From Dictyostelium discoideum (taxonomy: Eukaryota): a stretch of 64,000 nt of DNA. The DNA lies in assembly GCA_000004695.1 (NCBI GenBank), contig CM000151.3, positions 3,104,001-3,168,000 on the forward strand, in the 5' to 3' direction. The translations under genes and the position numbers were made by a program. Every line of letters starts with the position of its first letter. The first letter of the stretch is position 1. Positions 1 to 11,382 of the stretch are shown piece after piece. Below the pieces are notes generated by a model. The model was not told the DNA's origin. It was given only the letters and a program-made list of their open reading frames with translations, and did no database searches.

Positions 1-282
1 TCATCACCAAAACAATCACAACGTGGTTATTCACCAAAACAGCAATACTCTCCAAAACAATATTCACCAAAACAACAATATTCACCAAAACAATATTCAC
101 CAAAACAGCAACAACAACAGCAACAACAACAACAACAATTAGAACAATTGAGTGGAAGAATGTCACCACATAAATCCAATTTAAGTAGTACAAATCTTCA
201 TCATATTCATCATCATCATATTCATCAACAACAATCTCAACAACATAATAATACTACTGTTCATTCAAATAATTTAATTTTA

Positions 283-371
<89 letters not shown>

Positions 372-1209
372 CACTACAAATACAAGTAATAATCATACAT
401 CTGATCCATCAAAATCATCAAATTCAACACCTGAAACATCACCACCAATTAGTTCACCAAGAAGCAATAATAATAATAATTGTAGTTTAACTACAATAGT
501 AGGAGTAACAACACCACCACAACCATCATCAACAATTACTACACCACAATTCCAATCACCACCAATTTTATCAGGAAATAGTGGTAATATTAATTTATTA
601 AGTAGTAATGGTACAAGCAGCGGTGGAATTGAAATTAGTGGTAGTCAAATGATTCCACAAAAAGTATTGGTAGCAGAAGATAATACAATGAATCAAAAAT
701 TAATAAAGACATTATTAACTAAAAGAGGTTTTGATATTACCATTGCAAAAGATGGTAAACAAGCCTTAGATTTCTATCATGAAAGTAAAAATAAATCAAT
801 ACTTTATGATTGTATATTAATGGATATTCAAATGCCAGTTTTATCAGGTTTAGAAGCAACTTGTGCAATTCGTGAAATCGAAGCAAATGAAGGTGGTCAT
901 ATTCCAATCATTGCTGTAACTGCTCATGCAATGAAAGGTGATAAAGAAAAGTTTTTAGAATCTGGTGTTGATGATTATGTAACAAAACCAATTAACCCAA
1001 AGTTATTATATGAAGTAATAAATACTCAAATCTGTAAATATATTGAAGAAAATCGTTCATCATCTACAATAAATGAAAATAAAAATACAATTAATAATAA
1101 TAATAATAATACAAATAATAATAATAATAACAATAATTCAAGTAACCCTGTTAATAATAATAATAGCAATAGTATTGATGCTACTCAACAAGAATTAAAT
1201 AATGAATAA
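1..1209 (+). CDS. C-terminal part of a hybrid histidine kinase (5'-partial): (YSPKQQ)n low-complexity linker, then a CheY-like receiver (REC) domain.
   Basis: The frame is open from base 1 (SSPKQSQRGYSPKQQYSPKQYSPKQQ...). The REC motifs are VLVAEDN...ILMDIQMP (phospho-acceptor Asp)...AVTAH...VTKP (conserved Lys). Stop at 1207-1209. An N-rich tail follows the domain. Confidence 0.8.
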
Positions 1210-2136
1210 ATTCGTATTTAAATCTTACAACCATTTTAATTTTTTTAAATAATAATAAAAAAAACAAAAATACTTTTTTTGACATCAAAGTATTTAATTT
1301 AAAATTGTTATTTTTATTAATTTATTTTTTTCAATATCGAATATCATTATTATTTTAAATTTTACCAAAATTAGTATTGATCGATATTTTAAAATGGTTA
1401 ATAAGTTCACAAAAAAAAAAAAAATAAAAAAAAAAACCAAAGGGCCAAAATGATTTTTCAAATGATTTTTTCAATTTTTTTTTATTTTTTTTTTATTTTT
1501 TTTTATTTTTTTTTTTTATAAAATTTTATTTTTGATTTTTTTATATTTATTTTTTTTTTTAATTTTTATATTTTTTTTTCTACAAATTTATTTCTCTACA
1601 AAGTGATTTCTTTATATGTGTTGATTGGCACATAGAAATATCTATTTAGAAAATATAAAATGGCTGAAAGACAATCAGCATCATCACCAACTCCTTCTTC
1701 ACCACCACAACAACAACAACAAACACCTCAACAACCACCACAATAGTATGATTGATCAAATAAAAAATAAAAAAAAAAAAATTATTTGGATTATCCACAG
1801 AGATCAAAATATTAATAATAAATTATTTTTTTAAAATTTTATTTTAGTTTACTAAATTCAAAAAAGAATTTTAAAGTAAAAGTATTAAATGGTAGAGAAG
1901 TTGAAAGACACCCATTAAATTCAATTACAAAAACAGAGGATACAGGTAAACCAAAACAATCATCATTATCATCAAATGCAAGTTCACTTCAATCAGCAGC
2001 AGCAGCAGCATCATCATCAACAGCAACAACAGATATTGATCCATTAAACAACAATAATAATAATAATACAGATATTGATCCATTAAATAATCCATTAGAA
2101 AAAAAACATGATCCACTTTCAGAAACAATTGCAACA

Positions 2137-3717
2137 ATGGGTGGATTAAAATTAATAAAAGAAAATCATTTAACAAATTATGTTGATGAGAATTTTATGC
2201 CATGGGATACATTGAAACCATCGATTCTTCAACAATATACCTCTGATGATTCAAATCCAATTCAAGTTTCTTTTATGTCAACTGGTACAAGTGGTAAAAT
2301 TAAAATTCCAATCAATCGTTTAAATAAGATTTTAGAAGAATTGGAACAAGATAAAGAAGATTCAAAATCAACACAATTCTCTCAACCTGATATCATTATG
2401 GATTTAGAAACTTTACATTCTGAATTATTAAAAGCTTGGGCTGCTGAAGAAAGAGTTAGATCTTTAAAAATTGCAATTCAAGTATGTACTAATTTTCAAA
2501 ACTAAAAAATTAAAAGTAAAATTTATTAATATATCTCTTTTTTTTTTTTTTTTAGACAGCAAAATTATTATCAGATACATCATTAATTAAATTTTATCCA
2601 AGTAAATTTGTAATTGCAACAGAGATATTAGATACATTTGGTAATTTAGTATATGATAGAATTAAAAAGAGATTACAATCATCAAAAGAAAGTAAAAATC
2701 ATGAAATATTACTAAAGGAACAAGCAAAGGAAACTTGTAGAAATTGGTTCTATAAGATTGCATCGATTAGAGAGTTATTACCAAGATTGTTTGTAGAGAT
2801 TTCAATTTTAAAATGTTATGAATTCATTCAAGGTGATGTAAACACTGAACCAAAACAAGTGATTAATCGTATCAGTGAAATGATTAGAGGTATTGGTAAT
2901 CCATTGGTTGCAAATTACATTAGAGCTTATTTGACAAGAAGATCATTCGATCTTTGTCCAGAGTATAAGAAATTCGTCATTCAATTATTGAAAGATTTCG
3001 TTTTCACTCAAAAATCATACGAGAAATCAAAATATTTAGAGAATACCTTGTCAATGTATAGAATTACTCTCACTGATTATATGGGACTATATTCACCATC
3101 ATTGGAATGGTTACTACAATGTTTGGCTCATAAAGCAACACCTGAAACTTTGGAAGAGGTTTTAGAACTTTTCAGAGAATCAAAGAATTCTCTCCTCTTA
3201 AATCATATCATTAGTTCTTTCCCACCAGAATACATTTGTAGTAATTCAACAATGTTTTCAAATTTCATAAAGGATGCCGATACTCTCTCCTATCCAAAAT
3301 ATCAACTCTATAGTACTTTTGGTGTTAATTTGGTTTTAGGTCAACCTCCAAAGAATCAAATCTTATCAATTTTAAATGATGTTTGGAAAGTTGTTACAAA
3401 CTTTGAAAATATTAAAGATTATATTTCTGTTGCTGAAGTTTTTATTGAATATGTTTTAACTCATTGTTCTGTAAGTTGTTTTTTAAATTAAAAAAAAAAA
3501 AAAAAATTAAAAAAAATAGTTTTATTAATAGTTTTTTTTTTTTTTTATCTAATAGGAAAAAGAAACAGATGTTTTCTTAAAAGATATTCTTAGACATATT
3601 ATACCAGATAAAGGTTATGAAACAATTCAATCACATCTTCAATCAATTGTTTTAAAAATTTTTACACATATCTCTGATTTTGGTAAATTAGTTTCGTTTG
3701 TAAGTTTTGAACTATAT

Positions 3718-3766
<49 letters not shown>

Positions 3767-5224
3767 TTTAATTATTATTGATTAAATTAAAAAATAATTA
3801 TTGATTTATTATTTATTTTATTTTAAATAATATTATTTAGACAAACTTTTTACCATTATTAGATTTATTTAATGGTGAATCACAAAAACAAATTAGTAGA
3901 TCAACATTAGAAGCATTATCAACATCAAAAGTTATGACATCAGATCCAATATTGATAAATACATTCCTTACCTATGGTAAAGCATTACATGATTCATTGA
4001 ATAGTCTTAGTTTCCAAGATGAAGTTAGACAAGTCACTCAATTGGTTGTAAATTGTATCAATAAGATTGATTTCGGAAGAGATGTTGAAAAACAGTTAAA
4101 CTTTTATGTAGAGTGTAGACAAACCTTTATCAATTTCGATGGTGTAAAGAATAGATTGGTCTATGGTGTTTGTGAAATTTGTGAGAAAACTTTAAATTTG
4201 GTAAAAGGTAAACATACTCCAAAGACTACCTCTTTTATTCGTGCTTGTGTTGCCTATTGCTTCATTACAATTCCATCAATTGATGATATCTTTTTAAAGA
4301 TGAATCTTTATTTAGTCTCTTCATCTGTGGCTTTACAAAATCAAGCACTCTCTCAAGCCGATGCTTTATTAAAGGCTGCCATCACTTTTATTCAAGAAAT
4401 CCCTCCAATCTTGGAGTTTAAACAAGTTAAATCAACTGAAGATTGGACAATCTCTTATGTCTCTGATTTTATCTCACTTTTAGTTGTAACTCCTGGTCAT
4501 CCTGAAAGTGGTCCTTTCTATTTAGTAAAGGCTCTTTATAAAGTCATTAAAGAATATCAATGGGAATCAAGTTCAACTGCTAAATCAAAATTATTTATTC
4601 AATTATTATTACTTTGTTCTTCTTGGTAAGTTATTAAAAATTATTATTATTAAATTATAGTGAAAAAAATTTTTTTAATTATTAATTTTATTATTATATA
4701 TTTATTTTTTTTTTTAAAAAAAAAAAGGGCACAAACTTCATTACCATATCATATTGAAAAAGTTGAATCAAATGATCAATTATTTACAGAAGATCCAGAG
4801 TTTAATACAGAATTAACAGAATTTTATAATTCATTAATTAAAGAAATTTTATATGATTTAAATCTTTTGAAAGATGAACCAGATAATTTAGTAAGGTATT
4901 TTATTTTTTTTTTTTTTTTCATTTTTTATTTATTTATGTTATTTAATATTAACATTTATTAAAAAAAAAAAAAAAAATATATTATAGACACAGAAAAAAG
5001 TTGGTATCATTTGTATTGATTTAATAAATGCATTATTAAATGTTGGTGAATTAAATAGTAAGACAGCATCATTAATTTTCAATTTATATAATATGGCAAA
5101 GAAAATTATACCATCAACCTGTTTCAATGAAATTACATATTTAAAGAATACTCTTGCTTTTATTGGAACTCTTGAATCTAAAATGGGTCAGGATATTTTT
5201 AATAAACTTTCACAACAACAATAA
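2137..5224 (+). CDS. Six-exon gene encoding a VPS35-family alpha-solenoid protein (retromer VPS35-like, possibly a VPS35L/retriever-type subunit). Exons 2137..2481, 2556..3470, 3556..3699, 3841..4625, 4728..4890, 4988..5224.
   Basis: Consecutive ORF-track segments join in frame through GTATGT/GTAAGT...TAG introns of 74-130 nt. Phases are consistent: exon 4 ends TG and exon 5 supplies G, giving W. The motif ELLPRLFVEISILKCY resembles the VPS35 PRLYL motif. This is a long helical-repeat protein. The first in-frame ATG is at 2137, but the frame is open back to 1822, so the 5' end may lie upstream. Confidence 0.55.
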
Positions 5225-5991
5225 GAAATAATAAAAAAAAAAAAAAAAAAAAAAAAAAACTTTTAATAAAATATAATAAAAAAAGATTTTAAATTGTATT
5301 ACCCTAAATATGAATAAAATATTATTCCAAAAGTGATTATTTTAAATATTAATAGACCAACTTAAAAAAAAAAAAAAAAAAAAATATAAAAAACAATTTG
5401 TAATTAAAGTTTTTTTTTTTTTATTTTTTTATTTTTTTAAGTTTATAGTTTAAAATAACAAATCAAATTTTATTTTAATACAAATCTTACCTTAATTTCA
5501 GCCAGTTTATCTTTTTGAGATATTTTAAAGTTTTTGGTTTGGGAAGAAACTTTTTATTTTCCAAAATGTAACTATTTTTTTTTTTTTTAGGATTTAAAAT
5601 AATTTGGTTTTTGTGTTGAAAAAAAAAAAAAAAAAAAAAAAAATTATTAAAATTTAAGTTTTTTTTTCTTAAAAAATTAAGTTGTGGGTTAAAAAAACAA
5701 TTAAAATATTGTTATTTTTTAGGTATTTTTATATTAATTATGTTTAAAAATACCCCCTAAGGGACATAGTACCAGTTTGAAGTTTTAAGTTATTACATTT
5801 TAAGAAACCAACTATTTATTAATTAATTTTTTTAATTTTTTTTTTAATTTTTTTTTTTTTTTTATAAATAATTAAAAAGTTTTAAAAAAAAAAAAAAAAA
5901 AAAATATTATCAAAATATTCAAAAATAATAATTAACAATTAAAAAACTGGATTTTATAATACACATATATCACTAGAAATTTTTAAATATA

Positions 5992-6693
5992 ATGACAGAA
6001 GTTACTTACCAAATTCAAGACCAAATAAAACAATTTAACAATTTTAATCCCATTCAAAAAACAAATTATAAATATCAATATAATAGTGATAATGAAAATT
6101 CTTCTTTGGTTTATTTAATTAAAAATCCCAAACAAAACAATTTTAAAAATTATAATAATAAAATATGTAATTATAAAAGAAGTTTATCTTCTTCATCATT
6201 CCAAGGAAACGAAGAAAAAGAAACTAGAAAGAAAAATAAGGCTCAATTTTATGAAAATGATTTTGAAAATGGATTTGGAAATATTTCATCTTGGTTGAAT
6301 AATTCAATACCATATAAATGTGAAGATTGTAATGGAAATAATGAACCACCTCATCAAAAATTGAAATCTCAGGATATTCCATTATTCACTTTCTTTGAAC
6401 CACTTACTTTTATTCATGAAATTAATAAGGTTATTCATATTGAATTAGAGATAGCAGGGGTCGATAAAGATGATGTTAAAGTTGATCTCACTAACAATAT
6501 TCTTACAATTGTAGCAAAGAAGAAATCAGTTTATCCATTATTTCAAAATATGTGTGAATTTAAAAGACATGAAAAATCAATTGGTGTTTACAAAAGAGTA
6601 TTGGAATTTAATTCAAATACTGTTGACAAAGATACAATTAAAGCAAGATATGTTAATGGTATTTTATTAATTACAGTCAACAAATTTCTGTAA
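5992..6693 (+). CDS. Small heat-shock protein (HSP20/alpha-crystallin domain), intronless.
   Basis: The C-terminal domain EPLTFIHEINKVIHIELEIAGVDKDDVKVDLTNNILTIVAKK...GILLITV matches the alpha-crystallin fold signature. It is a complete ATG..TAA ORF of 233 aa. Confidence 0.7.
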   Translation: MTEVTYQIQDQIKQFNNFNPIQKTNYKYQYNSDNENSSLVYLIKNPKQNNFKNYNNKICNYKRSLSSSSFQGNEEKETRKKNKAQFYENDFENGFGNISSWLNNSIPYKCEDCNGNNEPPHQKLKSQDIPLFTFFEPLTFIHEINKVIHIELEIAGVDKDDVKVDLTNNILTIVAKKKSVYPLFQNMCEFKRHEKSIGVYKRVLEFNSNTVDKDTIKARYVNGILLITVNKFL

Positions 6694-7478
6694 AAAAAGA
6701 AATTTAAAAGTAATGAATATAATAGTATTAGTATATTATTATATTTTAATAAATGTAATAATATTAGAATATTATTATATTTTAATAAATATTTATTATT
6801 CAAAAATAGATTATAGAAATTTACCAATTTTGAATTTAATTATTTGGTTTTTATAATTATTATTATTATTAAAAAATGATTTAATTATAATAAAATAAAT
6901 ATTAATAATTAATATTTTTATAAAAAAAAACAATATTAAGATTTGAAAAGATTTATAATTGTTTTTCTCATTTTTAAAAAAATTTCAAAGTTCTGGTTAT
7001 TGAAATTTAGACTCACCAAAAGCATATATGGCATGTTTAATGTTGTATGGTGTTGATCATTTTATTAATACCGGCACATTGGATTACTGTTTTGGGCCAG
7101 AGCTAGAGAGCCAGAAATTGATTCAAAATGATTTTTATCAAAGAAATTACCAAATATAACTCGAAAAAAATAAATGTATAATAATATTTAATTTTTTAAT
7201 ATAAATAAATCTATATCCTTATTGGTGTGTTTTTATTAAATTAAAATAAAAAATATTGTATTTTATTTAAAAAAATTAAATATCTTCTTCCATACCAAAA
7301 AATAAAAATAGTAAATCTCAAACAATATTTTTTTAAAATTTTTTACCTTTTTTCAAAGATAATATTTATTTATTTTATATTTTATTTTATTTTATATTTT
7401 ATTTTATTTTATATTTTATTTTATTTTATTTTATTTTATTTTATATTATTTTATTTTTTGGAAATTTAATAAAAAGCT

Positions 7479-8293
7479 TTATAACATATCAGAATCATCT
7501 TTACCAAATCTGGTGATCATTGAATCGATCATACCTTGAGTTGAGTCATCAAAATCTTGAAGACAAACTTTACCATTTGAATTGAGATATGTATGAGCTT
7601 GAACAAATACCTTTCTTGGTTTCTTTTTAGCCAAAACTATATCTCTAATGGCGAGGAATTCTTCATTGACATGAGTATATTCATCGAATAATTTGATTGA
7701 GGCATCAATATTTGCAGTTGCTTTGTAAACCATTAATCTATTGAGGAAATCACCAACAGCTTTAACACCAATACCTCTAATTTTACTTTTATCAAGTTTG
7801 ACAATTACATCGTCGGCAGTCTTGTCTAAAGTGACAATACCAGAACGTAAGAATGTTGTTAAAATACAATATCTGGCTTGCATATGAGCTTGTCTCCATT
7901 TACCTGGTGCACCTTCACTTGGTGGACTATAAAATTCCAATGCACAGACACCAGCACGTGCCATAATCAACCAATTGACATAGTAGACATCTTCAGCTTT
8001 CTTTGGATCTGTGAAACCAAAGAGTTCAAGAATCTTTTCATCTGGTGATAAATAGATACCACAACATTCTGCTCTACATTCTTCCATTGGTGAACCCAAT
8101 GATTTGAAAACACTGTCATAAGTTTCACCAAATTTATATACTTCAGTCTTTGGGTCAATTGGTTTGTTTGTAAGTGGATTAATAACTTCACCAACTTTAA
8201 AGTTAACATTACCATTAGCATCTGTTGTGAAAAGTTTACCTGAACCATGACCATATAACTAAATAAATAAAAAATAATAATTAATACTTTATA

Positions 8294-8325
<32 letters not shown>

Positions 8326-10098
8326 GAAACTTACTTCATGAATGCCAACTTGTAATTCGAATGCTTCAGTTGATAATTCATTGAATAATTTTTGATCACT
8401 TTCTTGGATAAAAGTAACATACTCATCCTTTCTTGCGGCAATAACATTACCTAATGATACATTCTTGAAACCTTCAGTTTGACGAATATCATCATCTATT
8501 TGGTTTCAATTTAAAAAATGGAAAACAAAAAAAAAAAAAAAAAAGTTAGAAATAATTTTTAAAAAAAAAAAAAATTAATATTAAAAAAAAAAAATAAATA
8601 AACCTTACAATTACTTAAATTAATACCAGCTGGAATACCAGTTGTAGCAAATGTTAAAACTTCTAAAGAAGTAAAATCTGGTTTGTTGAATTTTTCTTTT
8701 TCAAAGCTCTTGTCCCATGGTAATTTTGATAAGAAAGTAGTGGCATTATCTGTTAATTTTCCAAATTTCAAACTCATTTCTTTGTTAACCATTGAAACGA
8801 AACCTTCCCATTCACCTCTTACACCATATGGATCACGATAACTTTCAATGAAACCAATATTAGTTTCAACAGCTCTAAATAAAAATAAATAAATAAATTA
8901 GTAAATTAATTAATTTTGATTAACAATAAAAAATAAAACTAAAAAAAAAAAAATAAAAAAAATAAAAATAAAAAAAAAACTTACGGAGAAATATCTTTAA
9001 TCCACCATCTTTGACTATCTTTATGATCATCAATTGAACCACTATAGAAAGAATCAATATATTTCTTGAGCATATTTGTTTGATTTTCATTTGCAGCGTA
9101 TGGTAAAGCCAATTTAAGATTATCTACTACTTTGGTTAAGTTCTTATTCCAATCACCATAGACGATATTAATGGTGTAACCATCGAATTGATGAGAGACA
9201 GTTGGAGTTGAAGTTGAAGCACTAGCAATCAAAAGGTTATAGTTATTCTCTGAAACTTTGAATAAACGAGTATTATATGGTGAAATGCTCTTTGAGTCCA
9301 TAAACTTTTGTACTTTTTCAATTTCAACCTTTGTAATATTTGGTGAATAATAGGTTGAAATACCATTACCATCAATACCCAATTCTCTTACTTGTTTATC
9401 TAATGAATACATTAATTCACTACATTTACCCCAATATTCATTGACTTTATTATCATTAACTTTATTAATAATTAATTGTAATTTTTCTTTTGAAATTCTT
9501 GGCTATATAAAAATAAATAAAAATAAAAAAATTAATAAACTATTATTATTTTTTTTTATTTTATTTTAAAAAAAAAAAAAATATACTTTACAATAAATTT
9601 ACTATCACCAAAACTTAAGTAATTACCCATATTACCATAAAAAGTTGCAGCATATGATAATAAATCAGAATATTCTTCTTCAGAAACAATATTTGGAACA
9701 ACAGTTGATTTTAAATTTTGAATTGAGAAAAGATTTTGAAAGAGATTAAAGATTGGACCACTTTCAATAGATGTTTGACCAAGACAAATTTTTGAACCCC
9801 ACCAACAGGCAACACTAATATGATGGGCATAGAGTTGTTCTTTCTCTGTTAATAGATTGAATGATTCACGAGCATTTAAACGATAAACTGGAATCTCCTT
9901 TGGTACAAGATGATTCTCTATTACTGATGATGGTACTGACATTATTAAATTATTTGTTGAATAAAATCTTTTATTAAAACTATTATTATTTTTATTGTTA
10001 TAGAAATTATTATTGTTATTGTTTAATATCAAAAGGGAATTAAATTTAAAATTTTTATTTTCAACAAAATTTTTTAATTTAAAAACTTTTTTTAACAT
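7479..10098 (-). CDS. dpp3: Dipeptidyl-peptidase III (M49 zinc metallopeptidase), 5 exons on the minus strand: 10098..9592, 9502..8985, 8874..8615, 8495..8335, 8258..7479 (741 aa).
   Basis: There is collinear similarity to DPP3 along the whole length: [90 protein letters not shown]. All splice phases check (0/2/1/0) with GTAAAG/GTAAGT/GTAATT donors and YAG acceptors. Confidence 0.88.
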
Positions 10099-10343
10099 TG
10101 GAAAAAAAAAAAAAAAAATTAAAAAAATAAAAAAAAAATAAAATAAACCAAATTTAAGTTCACTGTCACTATAATTTTTTTTTTATTAAAAAAGTTGATT
10201 TATTTCCACATGCAATTTCCAAAAAAAAAAAAAAAAAAAAAATTAAAAAAATTAAAAAATGAAAATTAAAAATAAAAATAAAAATTAATTTTTATTTTTT
10301 TTTTTTTTTTTTTTTGTATTAAAATAAATTATTATCATAAAAA

Positions 10344-10380
<37 letters not shown>

Positions 10381-10549
10381 TAATTCTCTTTCAGTATTAA
10401 TATCATTGCCAAATAAAATAAAATAATATATTTTTTTTTAGGTATATAACCTAATAAATAAAATAACAACAGTTTTTTTTTGATTTCTTTTTTTTTTTTT
10501 TTTTTTTTGAATTTTTTTTTGAATTTTTAAAAAAAAAAAAAAAAATTAA

Positions 10550-10581
<32 letters not shown>

Positions 10582-10675
10582 AAAAAAAGTTGCATTATTA
10601 ATAGCAATATTGGAAAAAAAAAAAAAAAAAAAAAATTTATATCATAAATTTATACATATATATTGTCAACATATA
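10099..10675. promoter_or_regulatory. Divergent intergenic/promoter region between dpp3 (minus) and the P-loop gene (plus).
   Basis: This is a 577-bp non-coding spacer of near-pure A/T homopolymer tracts between two divergently oriented start codons. No specific motif could be identified. Confidence 0.3.
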
Positions 10676-11337
10676 ATGACAACAACAACAAATATTATTA
10701 ACAATGGAGTGTCTTCATTTTCATTGAACAATAATAGTAATATACCTACCATACATTCACCAAGTAATCCAATAGTAGATTGTATTAGAGATGGTACAAT
10801 GGCATATATATATTTGGTAGATGAATCATATATACAACAACAACACCAACCAAATCCAAAATTCCCATCATTGATACCATTACCAAAGAAACTATATTCA
10901 ACCACACCAAATAAAACCACACCTTATCCATTCCAATTTCAACAAAACAATGAGAATTTATCAATTGTTAAAGAGGTAAATATTTAATAATTATTCATTA
11001 TATATTTTTTTTTTTTTAAAAAAAAAAAGTATAAAATAATTAATTTTTTTTTTTTTTTTTAAAAAATATTTTTATATAGATTTATAATTATATAAATTGT
11101 TTTGAAATTAAAGATTGTAGAGATTTTCATTGTGTAGATTCAATTAAAAGATATGCAAGATTTCATTTGAATTTAACATTGAAATTTATGGGATGTAAAT
11201 CAATTCATGCAAGACAAATTTCAAATACAGTGTTTGAACAACTTGAAAAGTGTAGAATTGAACAAAACAAACAATTAACTGCTACAAATAATAATGCAAT
11301 TGTTACAACTGATTCAATTACAAAAACTGAACAATCA

Positions 11338-11382
<45 letters not shown>

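Noticed and set aside
1625-1834. ORF 1625..1834 (His/Asn-rich 69 aa) as an independent gene.
   Set aside because: It is a TTG-initiated low-complexity reading. Only the ATG ORF 1660-1745 in another frame is plausible, and that one is unresolved (see the VPS35-like finding).
5750-5800. GC-containing patch taccccctaagggacatagtaccagtttgaag upstream of the sHSP gene as a heat-shock element.
   Set aside because: It has no canonical nGAAnnTTCnnGAAn triple repeat. Only a weak partial match (TTTtaaGAAacc) lies nearby at about 5800-5815.
7967-8254. Minus ORF 7967..8254 (95 aa).
   Set aside because: It overlaps the last dpp3 exon in the wrong frame. The dpp3 frame gives the conserved [16 protein letters not shown] sequence.
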